DNA from: Azolla caroliniana
Lineage: Eukaryota > Plantae > Polypodiophyta
Length of the DNA stretch: 64,000 nt
Assembly: GCA_043228905.1 (NCBI GenBank)
Contig: JBHGNT010000004.1
Location: 9,176,001-9,240,000 of the forward strand
Direction of reading: 5' to 3'
The notes beneath the pieces were generated by a model that saw only the letters and a program-made list of their open reading frames with translations, was not told where the DNA came from and did not search any database. This document shows positions 32,410-41,925 of this stretch, piece by piece. The position numbers and the translations under genes are program-made. Within the stretch, counting starts at the first letter, position 1. Each line of letters opens with the position of its first letter.

Positions 32410-35109
32410 ATGGAACCACAAACGCTGTCGGAAGCGGCCAGGAAATGGTTCAGGCAACACGGACTGGAGGGCTTCTTGGCCATCATGGAAGCACCACCGC
32501 ACAGAGAAGCCGACCAGGTCATCAAGGAGCTCGACAAGGAAGTCATCACCGAGGAAGCGATCCGTGCGCTAACAGGCCTTCCGGAGGGAGGAATTTTTCA
32601 GATTGATAATCCAACCTCGGAGCAACTCACCCGATATTTCGGTGAGTACTCTGTTGCCGGCAAAGGCTATCGAACACAGGGCGGCGAAGATCCGCTGTTC
32701 AGGGAGATAGCTCGAGTGCTCCATGAGTACGGCCACGTGTACCCCCGACCCCCTGTCATGCCAAAAAATCGGGCAGGGATGATCATAGCCACCTATGAAG
32801 GGACCAAGGTGGATTGGCCGGTGTTGATTGCAGACGGTTTGTGCGTGGCAATCGACATGGTACGAGGAAAGGACGGCAAGGAGGGCCGGAAGCTGTGGCA
32901 TGCCGTCGCTCAGTGGATAACATTGCTCGTGCCGCCGGTCGAGACCGTTCAGCCAAAGAAGCGGCCAAGAGTATCGGAAGGAAGCACCTCGAAGCCGGCG
33001 TCCAAACGACAGCAGCTGCTGGCGTCGAAGGCGACGAAAGGGAAGAAACGGGTCCCAGAACCGGAGGAGGTGTCACCGGTCCGACCCGTCAAGATAACCA
33101 TACGGAGACCGGGACAGAAGGAACCGGAACCCTTGACGGCACAGAAACATGCCGTGACACAAGAAGAGGAAACGGAGGAGCCAGAAGAGCACCTCCAACG
33201 ACGGTCAAGAAGTAGGACCGCCGAGACAGGAGGGGAGCGGTCGTACCCGCGAGAGGCAGAAACGCCCCCAACTCAACCTGAGCAAACCACAAGGGAGGAA
33301 CCGGAACCGGTGCGTAGGGAACCGGTCTTGTCGACTTCTGTAGAAGAAGTCAGTCCAATGGCTCCGGAGACGGCGAGAACCGGAACTCAACAGCCGGCGA
33401 GCCCAGCCAGCACACACGGCGGCCAAGGAGTAGAACCAGAACGGCATATGCAGGCACTCAGGCCAGACAATTCCACAGGGAATGAGCCGACCCGACCAGT
33501 ACAGCAACAAGGCACCAGTAGCATGTGGCTACGGTGGGTAGGCGAGCAAATCGCCGGAGCGGTCGAGTATATAGAGGCGGAAGAGAGAGCGCACCAGGAA
33601 CGGTTGCTCGTCACAACCGTAGATCTAGAGACGGCCCGGTCCAGAATCCGGAGCCTTGAACAAGACTTGGACAGGGTCACAAGGGAAATGGCTCAAATCG
33701 CTTTGACAACACAAGTCCAAGCACCGGTGACTCCGGGCAATGTACAGAATAAAGCGGCAGATCAACCTGTACATAGCAATCAGACCCCGGCAACGGAAAC
33801 CGTTCGGGAGAGAAATGCGGCACAAGCCCAAGAGCTTGCGGATTTAAAGGATGAGCTAGCTGCCCAAGAAGCGCCGAGGAGCCGCGAAAGAGAATTGAAG
33901 ACGGCAGCGGAGGCAGAACTCAAAAAGACTGCTGAGAATCTACGCCGGGCCGAGGAGAGCTTACGGAAAGGCCACCAAGCGTACGACCGGCTCAAGGAGG
34001 AGAAGGAGAAAATGCTGCAAGAGAAGGAGAGGCTCCGGAGGAACGCCGAAACAGAAGTAGAGCGCCTGATAGAGGAACTCCGGCAGGTAAAGGACCGGGA
34101 GGACCGGAACCATCGCCAGATCAACGGCAAGCTCAAACAAAAAACGGAGGAATTTGAGCAATTGCACCGGGAGTATAAACGGTTGCAAACGGAGCACAAG
34201 GAACGGACGGATGAGCTCCGGCAAGCAGTTGATCGGACCGCAACCGCATTCGCCAAGGAACAAGCGGAAAACAGAAGACGGTTGGAAGAGGCGGAGAAGG
34301 TTCGGACAGAGCTCCTCAGGCAACAGCAGGCGGAAAAAGAAAGAGCGGCGGAGGTACTGCAAAGGCTGCAAACGACATATCAAGGGCAGCTAACGCGCTA
34401 CAGAGAGCAGGCGGAGGATACGGCAAATCTCATCAAGCAGTTGAAGGAGGAGCGACAAGTGGTGGAAAGCAGAGCACAAATGGGAGCAAGTCGCATCCAG
34501 GATATCATGCGGGCCTGGTTGAACCAGACTAAGAGCTTGATTGACAACAGTTCCGTCAAATGGTGGACCAAGTGGGCCACGAACGCGGCGGAACTCCAAT
34601 TGCTCCGGGCCGACGTAGAGAACCGGCGGAAGGAGGGAGATGATTGCTATATGCTGAATTCCGAAGACTTCACCGGCATAAGAGATGAGCTAGCCGAAGA
34701 CTTTCAAGCCTTGGCAGAGGACCAACTAGAGCAAGTCCGACAACTTGTAGCTCAGCTGGACGACGACAGGTTGGAGGCGCAGATCCAGTTTGAAAGCTAC
34801 GAGAGGTCCCGGATCCGGGGAGAGAAAGAACGAGAACCGGTTACGGTCAACCTCAGTGATGAGGAACCGTTACTGGAAGGAGACCGGACCGGAAGCAGTC
34901 AAACGGAGATGCCGGAGTCAGAGAGACAAACGGAGCAGCCGGCGTCAGCGGAACAAACGGAGCAGCAGCAGCAAGCAGAGCAGCCGGAACAGCCTCAGTC
35001 CCAACCGCAACCACAGCAGCAGCAGCAAGCACAACCGCAACAACCACAACCGGAAGAACAAGTGGAAATTCTTGAACAAAGTAATTTGGACAATTTGGGT
35101 GAACAATGA
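32410..35109 (+). CDS. Element H extra ORF (~899 aa from the ATG at 32410): globular N-terminus, P/E/T-rich linker, long coiled coil, Q-rich tail
   Basis: Stop-free frame 32110-35109. ATG at 32410 follows a pyrimidine tract and CAG. No obvious signal peptide or transmembrane segment. Start codon is inferred. Confidence 0.85.
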   Translation: MEPQTLSEAARKWFRQHGLEGFLAIMEAPPHREADQVIKELDKEVITEEAIRALTGLPEGGIFQIDNPTSEQLTRYFGEYSVAGKGYRTQGGEDPLFREIARVLHEYGHVYPRPPVMPKNRAGMIIATYEGTKVDWPVLIADGLCVAIDMVRGKDGKEGRKLWHAVAQWITLLVPPVETVQPKKRPRVSEGSTSKPASKRQQLLASKATKGKKRVPEPEEVSPVRPVKITIRRPGQKEPEPLTAQKHAVTQEEETEEPEEHLQRRSRSRTAETGGERSYPREAETPPTQPEQTTREEPEPVRREPVLSTSVEEVSPMAPETARTGTQQPASPASTHGGQGVEPERHMQALRPDNSTGNEPTRPVQQQGTSSMWLRWVGEQIAGAVEYIEAEERAHQERLLVTTVDLETARSRIRSLEQDLDRVTREMAQIALTTQVQAPVTPGNVQNKAADQPVHSNQTPATETVRERNAAQAQELADLKDELAAQEAPRSRERELKTAAEAELKKTAENLRRAEESLRKGHQAYDRLKEEKEKMLQEKERLRRNAETEVERLIEELRQVKDREDRNHRQINGKLKQKTEEFEQLHREYKRLQTEHKERTDELRQAVDRTATAFAKEQAENRRRLEEAEKVRTELLRQQQAEKERAAEVLQRLQTTYQGQLTRYREQAEDTANLIKQLKEERQVVESRAQMGASRIQDIMRAWLNQTKSLIDNSSVKWWTKWATNAAELQLLRADVENRRKEGDDCYMLNSEDFTGIRDELAEDFQALAEDQLEQVRQLVAQLDDDRLEAQIQFESYERSRIRGEKEREPVTVNLSDEEPLLEGDRTGSSQTEMPESERQTEQPASAEQTEQQQQAEQPEQPQSQPQPQQQQQAQPQQPQPEEQVEILEQSNLDNLGEQ

Positions 35110-35142
35110 AGGGGCCGAGAAGGGTTCGACGTACAAGGTACT

Positions 35143-35159
35143 GTCCCACGGGCGTGCCA
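35143..35159 (-). promoter_or_regulatory. Antisense PBS (tRNA-Arg-like) at the PPT position of H
   Basis: Plus strand GTCCCACGGGCGTGCCA, then TG, then the LTR start TGTTACC. Minus strand reads LTR..TAACA-CA-TGGCACGCCCGTGGGAC. Confidence 0.75.
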
Positions 35160-35161
35160 TG

Positions 35162-35581
35162 TGTTACCGGCCGGCAAGGAGTCCAAAATACGGAGTGAAG
35201 GAATTAATTAGATATGGTTGTAAATGAGCATAGTGTGGACGGACGGACTGGAAACGGTATGCCGTTCCAGATCCGGACGGATCCCGAATAGGTGCGAGAG
35301 GCACCGTTTTGTACTACGGGCCGGAAACCTATTTAAAGGCCCGGAACCCATTGTAATGACAGCGGATAATTAATAGAGCTTATGATGTTTATACTTCTGT
35401 CTTGATTTCCGTTCTGTAATTATTGTTATATCTTACGCGTGTAATTAACCAAAGCATTCTAATCGTGTAACCTACGTAAGTTGGTGTAATCGTTGAATCT
35501 TAATCCTATGCCGTAATCACCCTTTGGTGAAGTGTCTCCGTGACACCTTGTGTTAGGCCTTGTCCGGCTAAGCGAATAACA
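35162..35581 (+). repeat. 3' LTR of H (420 bp)
   Basis: TGTTACC..AATAACA. TATTTAAA on the plus strand. Confidence 0.96.
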
Positions 35582-36517
35582 CAGTTGGCTTATCAATTTG
35601 TTGATGAGTTATTTCGTTTTTATGGATTACCGATGGATATTGTTAGTGATCGAGATTCCAAGTTTACTAGTGACTTTTGGACTCAGGTCTTTAAGAAACT
35701 AGAAACTACGTTGAGCATGAGTTCCGCAGATCATCCTCAGTCTGATGGACAAACTGAACGAGTTAATCAAATTATTGAGGACATGCTTCGAGCTTATGTA
35801 GCAAAAACCCCTTCTAAGTGGGAGCAATACCTTCCTATCTTAGAATTTGCCTATAATAGCTCTAAACATACATCCACTGGATATAGTCCTTTTATGTTGA
35901 TGTATGGTTTTCAACCACGTGCCCCAGTTGATGTCACGATTCATCGTGATACATTAGACAGTACATGCAATTTTTTGCAAGACATGAACCAAATGTTGCA
36001 TATTGCCAAAGAAAATGTCAAGACAGCTCAAGATCGTGCTCGATTTTATGCTGATCACGATAGACGTCCTCGTGCATTTACTATTTGTCAAAAAGTTTTT
36101 TTGCATGTCCCGACCGATTCTACGTCATTGTCTACGGGCAAGCCCCACGATATTGTGGCCCATTTGAAATCCTTAAGCGAGTTGGGTCATCTGCTTATCA
36201 CCTTGCCTTACCTCGTAACGTTGGTATTCATCCTGTTTTTCACGTCAGTCGTCTAAAACCATTTTTAGGCTCTGGTGATAACACCATCACAATCCAAGAT
36301 CTTGTAACATTAGAGGATTTTTCTTACAAACCTCATGTTCCTGAACGAATTCTTGATTCTCGTACTAAACGTTTACGTTCTAAAGAGATTCGGCTATTCA
36401 AGATCAAATGGATGGATAAACCTATTGATGATGCCACATGGGAACGCGAGCATTCGCTTAAGGCACAATTTCCTCACTTTATATTGCAAGAGTGCAATCT
36501 TTTGAAGTAGGGGAGTA

Positions 36518-36988
36518 TGTTATGTACACATAACGTTGGTGAGGGTAGGTCACTAATATTTACATTAGTGAAGGGTATGTTCACTATTATTAAAAAGGGG
36601 ACTAATGATTGGATAGAATGAATGATATGTGCATGCACTATCATGATTTAGACAACCAATGAATAGAGAGCCTTTTAGAAAGGCACATCTATTCAAGGGG
36701 CCGAGGAAAAGGTATAAATATGAGGCTTAGCTACCCTCATAGGAATCACGTCGGAAGGCTGCTGTCGTAGACACCGGTGGTGCGGGCTAGGCTTTCGTCT
36801 CGACGATCGTGTTTATCTCTTCCAAGGTATTAGTCATCCTAATATCCGGCGGTATGGGACGTCGGTGGTAGGTTGGCTATGTCTAGATCATAGCTCGGGG
36901 GTGGTCGGGTGGAACGGGTTCTTCTATCCAATCTATTTTCTTCCTTTTTACTTGATTTGGTCTATTGATTAGTAATAGACTCTTAACA
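36518..36988 (+). repeat. 3' LTR of F
   Basis: Near-identical to 22454-22924. Confidence 0.97.
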
Positions 36989-36993
36989 CCTAC

Positions 36994-38150
36994 ACGGTTT
37001 CGACAAATTGTCAGAAGCCTCATCTACTTGACGATTACTCGGCCGGATCTCAGCTACCTGGTCATCTTAATCAGTCAATTTATGTCGCAAACCACGGCCA
37101 AACACTTTCAGTGCGTGCAAAGGATATTGTGATATGTCAGCGGCACGAAATACATGGCGTTGTTGTATCAGGCAGGCGTAACTGAACAGTTGGTTGGCCA
37201 CACGGATGCCGATTGGGCCGGAAACGCCAGTGTTCGTAGATCCACATCCGGATATTCCTTCTCATTAGGAAGTGTGGCGATTGCGTGGAGCAGCAAAAAG
37301 CAGCCGATAGTGGCACTATTGAGCACAGAGGTCGAATATCGAGGGGCGATTGTTGCTACGTGCGAAGTCATCTAGTTGAAACGGCTATTACGGGATCTGC
37401 ATGTAGAGGTGTCTGATCCGACGACGATCTATTACGACAACCTTGCGAAAAACCTTGTGTTACACGCCCGGACCAAGCACATTGAGGTGCATTACCATTT
37501 TGTCCACGAGCGGGTCCTTTCAGGTGAAGTCTAACTAGCGTATGTTCCGACGGATCGGCAGGTTGGTCTCGACAAGTTTTGACATTTCTCAGGTGAGCTA
37601 GGGTTGTGTCACCTCGACACGCCAAACTTGAGGGGGCGAAAAGAAGAATAGGAACAAGAGCATGAAAGGATCAGAGGTATTCATTGCGGCGAATGTGACC
37701 GTGACGCTGAATTGGATGGAGAATTCGATTTTGAACCAGCTGAAGAAGCTGAAGGAAGAATCAAGGGCCATAATCGTAGGAAAGAGTCGCAGACAGCCGA
37801 ATCTGGGGGAGATAAGACCAAGACGAAGAGGTGGTCGAAAGTTGTCAAAGGCCTGAAGACTGAAGACGAATTGGAGACAACCAATTCGGATGAGAGGGGA
37901 ATTGAATCGGAACTGTTCGATTCAATCAAAATGTTCGATTTGGATACGCCAAATCAACGGAAGGCCAAACGGAGAAAAGGGCAGTGAAGGAACTGCCAAC
38001 ACCGTGATAGCAAGGGAGCTGAGAAGGGCCGAACAAGCAGAAAACCCGACCGGAAGGGTCGAGGCGCGCGGATTCAAACAAGTCGAGGAGTGAAGAAAGA
38101 AGGAACCGGAGCATAGATCCGGAAGGGCAGACGGAACCTCAAGTTGAGCT
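36994..38150 (+). pseudogene. Element D RT end and RNase H, plus a charged C-terminal extension
   Basis: TRPDL, HTDADWAG, STEVEY, TKHIEVHYHF, then ~500 bp of acidic/basic codons before the PPT. Confidence 0.85.
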
Positions 38151-38160
38151 GTAGGGGGAG

Positions 38161-38580
38161 TGTTGAGTGACAAGCTCAACATTCGGCGTGTAATACGGTG
38201 TGTAACCCAGTGCGTAGACTGGGTGCATGAAATAGTACGCATAACGTAGCCGTAGCGGTGTGTAAACCGTGAGGCCGTTAGTATGGTATTGCTCGTAAGA
38301 AATAATTTTGGGAGTTATTGTAGTAGGCTCATTTATGAGCAGTCAAGTACTGTCAGTACTTGTGTCAGCCCAATTGTCAAGGCTTGTATAAAAGGTGCTC
38401 ACTGAGCACGATGTATATACAAAGCATCATTATTTTTGAAATAGAACTAAGTTGTCTACTCTCTATCTGTCTCTCCATCTCCATCTCCATCTTTGTGTTT
38501 CCTGAGTTTACCGAACTGACTTATTTTCGAACTGTGTACTATGTGTTTACGCACACCCTTCCGCACACATATTCTTTACA
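38161..38580 (+). repeat. 3' LTR of D
   Basis: TGTTGAG..TTTACA, followed by the TSD ATCAT. Confidence 0.93.
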
Positions 38581-39618
38581 ATCATCATTATTGGTCTTAC
38601 CATTATGACGAGGACAAGGTGGTGGTTGAACAATGGGAGCAAGAACCTGAGAAACTGCAGCTTTAATGGTAGTACTGATGAGGCTCATTGCATCTTCTAC
38701 TTTCATGAAACTTCTTTTTTTCTATTCATGGAAAGCTGAAGCTTGAGAGAAGTCTTCTCTATTTAGCACCGAAGAAGGAGTAGAGCTATTGTTTTCTGCA
38801 CACAACACAAGACTTTCTTCACTAAGAAGGTAGACGAGGAAGAAGGGCAACACCAATGAAGAGTAGAGTTCCAATGGTTCCTGATAGCATTGTCTATGCG
38901 ACCACGGAGTAATCGAGCTATGGCAGCCCACATGAGCTTTTATGGCCTGATCTGATCGACCAGGTATTCCTTTACTTATTAGAGACCAGTTTCGATCTCC
39001 ATACTTCTCAACTAGTCGATGGAGAGCCGCGTGTTCGTTGGGGCTCCATGGACCTTTCCCTCGATCATTCGGGTTGTGGATGGTCGACGCAGACAAAGAT
39101 GTGTGAGAGACCGATGCAGATGTATTGGTCAAGCTTGAGAGCGCCCTGGAAGCTAATACCAAGGGAAGATGACAATCGAGAAGTTGTGATCAGATATCAG
39201 GAGAAGCTTGTGATCATGGAGAAGTCGAGCGGAGGTTGCTTCTCCTACTTCTGTTTCCATTTCGGTTGGTGCTCCTCATGATTGAAGCCTTCCATTGATG
39301 GATTGATGGATGGATAGATTCGTTCTCTGGCAGAGCAAGAGAAAAGGGAAACAGAGACAGAGAAAAAGAGGATCATGGCATCAACATGATAAGAGGATTT
39401 GAAAGAAGGAGGATGCCATGTCTCATCTTCATCCTCAGAATAGTGCAAGACTCTAAGAAAGTCTCTACCTCTTCATCTTCTTCCATTTCCCTTCCTCTCC
39501 TTCTTCCAGGTTGTTGCTACGTTTCTTCTTCACTACTTCTTCCGAGGGTCTAGGGTTTACATCCCAAAAATGAAACGATGAGTTAGGGGAGAGAGACACA
39601 CACACAACACAGAGATAA

Positions 39619-39621
<3 letters not shown>

Positions 39622-39674
<53 letters not shown>
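39622..39674. repeat. (GA)n microsatellite upstream of the MYB pseudogene
   Basis: About 26 GA units; CT-rich on the MYB sense strand. Confidence 0.95.
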
Positions 39675-39678
<4 letters not shown>

Positions 39679-40135
39679 GTGTTGAAGAGGGACAGTAAGA
39701 GAATTCTTTCTCAAGGAAGGGTCGGCCGTTGAGGCATGCCAAAAGTGTTGTTGGGGTGGGGGGTGAAGCCATTCTCCCAAGGGGTTAAGTTAGAGAGAGA
39801 GCGAGAGAGAAAGACAAATAGAAAATGACACCAAATGAGAGGGGAAAAAGTTATTCATTACATACCCTAGAGGGGGTTTATATAATACATCCAATGTAAC
39901 ATTCTACACTCAGTTGTCACCATTGGTCGGTCCTGGATCGCCTCCTCAACTATTCGATCCAACGGAGTGAACTCCTCAACTGTTCGGTCTTGGATTGCAA
40001 TAACTTTTCTGTCTATTGATTATCTTGTGTATTGTTGTGTCTAATCTTGTGTATTGTGGAATATTTTTGTGTATTGTTGTTGCCCATAGCCATCTTAAAT
40101 ACTTGTTTTTTTTCTTGGAAATTTAGGAGTTGAAT

Positions 40136-41925
40136 ATGTCCAGCCAAATGGAAGGGGAAGAAGGGTGTTTAGAATTACCCCTCAATGATCATAAGGATAG
40201 GGATGATGCTATCAGGCACAACAAGCCATATGAAACTATTGGGCAGAAATAAAAAGGAAACATCGTCAATTGTTGAAGGATACAAAAGCCACACTCAGTA
40301 AAGGTAAGGATAGTTTAGCTGAGAATGTAAGTAATGCGATTACCATCATAGAGAGAAAGGTTGTAGACTATTTCAATGTTCAAACCAAGCACATCAACAA
40401 TGAAGAAAAGAAGGTAGTACTTTATGGAATATTAAATGATCCATCGATAAAGGACTTAGTTGATTGTGATGGTCTTAATGCAAACATATCATCTATTTTA
40501 GTAAATAATCTTCGTAATAGTTTCGTATCCATGAGCAAGTCAGAAGATGATCTTGTCTTAAAAAGGTCTAGTCTAATGATGTTACTTAATAGTGATGTTG
40601 ACGATATAAACATCAATGAGCTATCTAAGGTAATTGGTGTTAGTAGAAAAATAGTGTACAATACATTGAACCGTATAATTTCCTCGGGTGAAGGAACTAG
40701 TCTACTAAAGCTAACTATAAGATGTAAGCCAATGACACCCATAACATCAGAAATCAAGGATGTAATCACAATGTTTTGAACTAATGAGAGTAGGGTTTCA
40801 CCCAATAAAAAGGATTTATGCAGGAAACGTGTTGGAAGAAATCAATACGAGGAGCATCCCATTCATCTTCTTGATGTACCTCAGGTATTTACATTTATCT
40901 CAACATTTGTTTTGACTGTACACGGAAAGTTAATTAGCTCAGTTAGCAGAAAAGCTAATTAGCTTATCAGTTACATTTACCTCAGTTAGCTACTAGGATA
41001 ACTACTACATAGGTAACTGGCTACTCTCAATAGATACTACCATGATAGCTAATTAGCAGACTCAATAGCTAATTTAGTTACTACTAGATAATTAGCTACC
41101 AAAATAGCTAACTAGCTACCATGATAGCTAATTTAGTTACTACTAGATAATTAGCTACCAAAATAGCTAACTAGCTACCATGATAGCTAATTAACTATTC
41201 TCAATAGCTAATTTAGTTATTACCAGATAATTAGCTACCAGAATAGCTAATTAGCTTTTAGGATAGCTAATTAGCTATTAGAATAGGGTTTTAGCTACCA
41301 TGATAGCTAAATAGCTACTCGAATAGCTAATTAGAATAGCTAATTAACTAATTAGCTATTAGAATAGGTAATTAGCTACCATGATAGCTAATTGGCTACT
41401 ATGATAGTTAGCTACTCTAGTTATTACCAGCTAATTAGCTACTAGGAAAGCTAATTAGCTACCATGATAGCTAATTAGGTACTAGGACAACTAATTAGCT
41501 ACTAGGATAGCTAATTTCGTTATTACCAGCTAATTAGCTACTAGGAAAGCTAATTACCTACCACGATAGCTAATTAGCCACCATGATAGCTACTAGGACA
41601 GCTAATTAGCCACCACGATAGCTAATTAGCTACTAGACCAACTAATTAGCTACCATGATAGCTAATTAGCTACTAGGACAGCTAATTAGTTACCATGATA
41701 GCTAATTAGTTACTAGGACAACTAATTAGCTACTAGAACAGCTAATTAGCTACCTTGTTCGTCCAACACTTTTTTAAGTTACATTGGCAGTGGTTATTAG
41801 CTCAACGTTTGGAGCTTACTCAACATTGGGTCTGGTCTGACGGAGCTGCGTCATAATTCAAGGCTCGACGTCCATTTTATTTTGTGGGGAGGTATCCTAC
41901 TATAACAGGTTTGGAGATGAGATGA
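40136..41925 (+). pseudogene. Sola2-like DNA transposase remnant (pieces about 40136-40884 and 41752-41925)
   Basis: F*TNESRVSPNKKDLCRKRVGRNQYEEHPIHLLDVPQ followed by a GT donor. TLFVQHFF..QHWVWSDGAAS*FKARRPFYF resembles the SDGxAxQ[FY]K catalytic motif. Superfamily call is from motif recall. Confidence 0.6.

Larger units (their letters stand above)
27582..35581 (+). mobile_element. Element H: young non-chromovirus (Athila/Tat-like) gypsy with an extra 3' ORF; U5 end, PBS and most of gag deleted
   Basis: TSD CAGTT (27577-27581 / 35582-35586). 3' LTR 35162-35581. 5' LTR 27582-27976, truncated by 25 bp and fused to the gag zinc knuckle. Two LTR mismatches found. Confidence 0.95.
26157..36510 (+). 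pseudogene. Element F pol (RT 3' half, RNase H, INT, chromodomain): 26157-27581 and 35587-36510
   Basis: VFLDDILIY, ETDASDYAIG, HDAPSAGH..CLQC, SDRDSKF, DGQTERVN, GPF, PERILDSR..KW..DATWE. Frameshift near 36140. Confidence 0.93.
22454..36988 (+). mobile_element. Element F: young but defective Ty3/gypsy chromovirus with tRNA-iMet PBS, interrupted by H
   Basis: 471-bp LTRs 22454-22924 and 36518-36988 (one mismatch found). TSD CCTAC. PBS at 22926-22937. PPT about 36504-36515. C-terminal chromodomain. Confidence 0.96.
17146..38580 (+). mobile_element. Element D: degenerate full-length Ty1/copia carrying nested E, F and H
   Basis: 420-bp LTRs 17146-17565 and 38161-38580. TSD ATCAT. PBS TGGTATCAGAGC abuts the LTR (17566-17577). 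PPT AGGGGGAG at 38153-38160. gag-PR-INT-RT-RH with many stops. Confidence 0.95.
16856..39162 (-). pseudogene. R2R3-MYB pseudogene (MYB44/73/77, subgroup-22-like), split by element D into 38581-39162 and 16856-17145
   Basis: KGPWSPNEHAALHRLVEKYGDRNWSLISKGIPGRS (R2), then deletions and a frameshift, then [24 protein letters not shown] (R3). C-terminal LMAAMKEMVAKEVHTYM motif. The frame is collinear across the ATCAT TSD (..TNNDD|EN*KNNDDDG..). Confidence 0.88.

Noticed and set aside
32110-35109. Envelope gene (endogenous retrovirus)
   Set aside because: No signal peptide or hydrophobic transmembrane segment is visible.
22454-36988. Age paradox: nested H (2 LTR mismatches in 395 bp) looks older than its host F (1 in 471 bp)
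   Set aside because: The counts are too small to be distinguishable and were made by eye.
39870-39890. TATA box for the MYB gene
   Set aside because: It could equally be a transposon terminus; this cannot be decided from the sequence.
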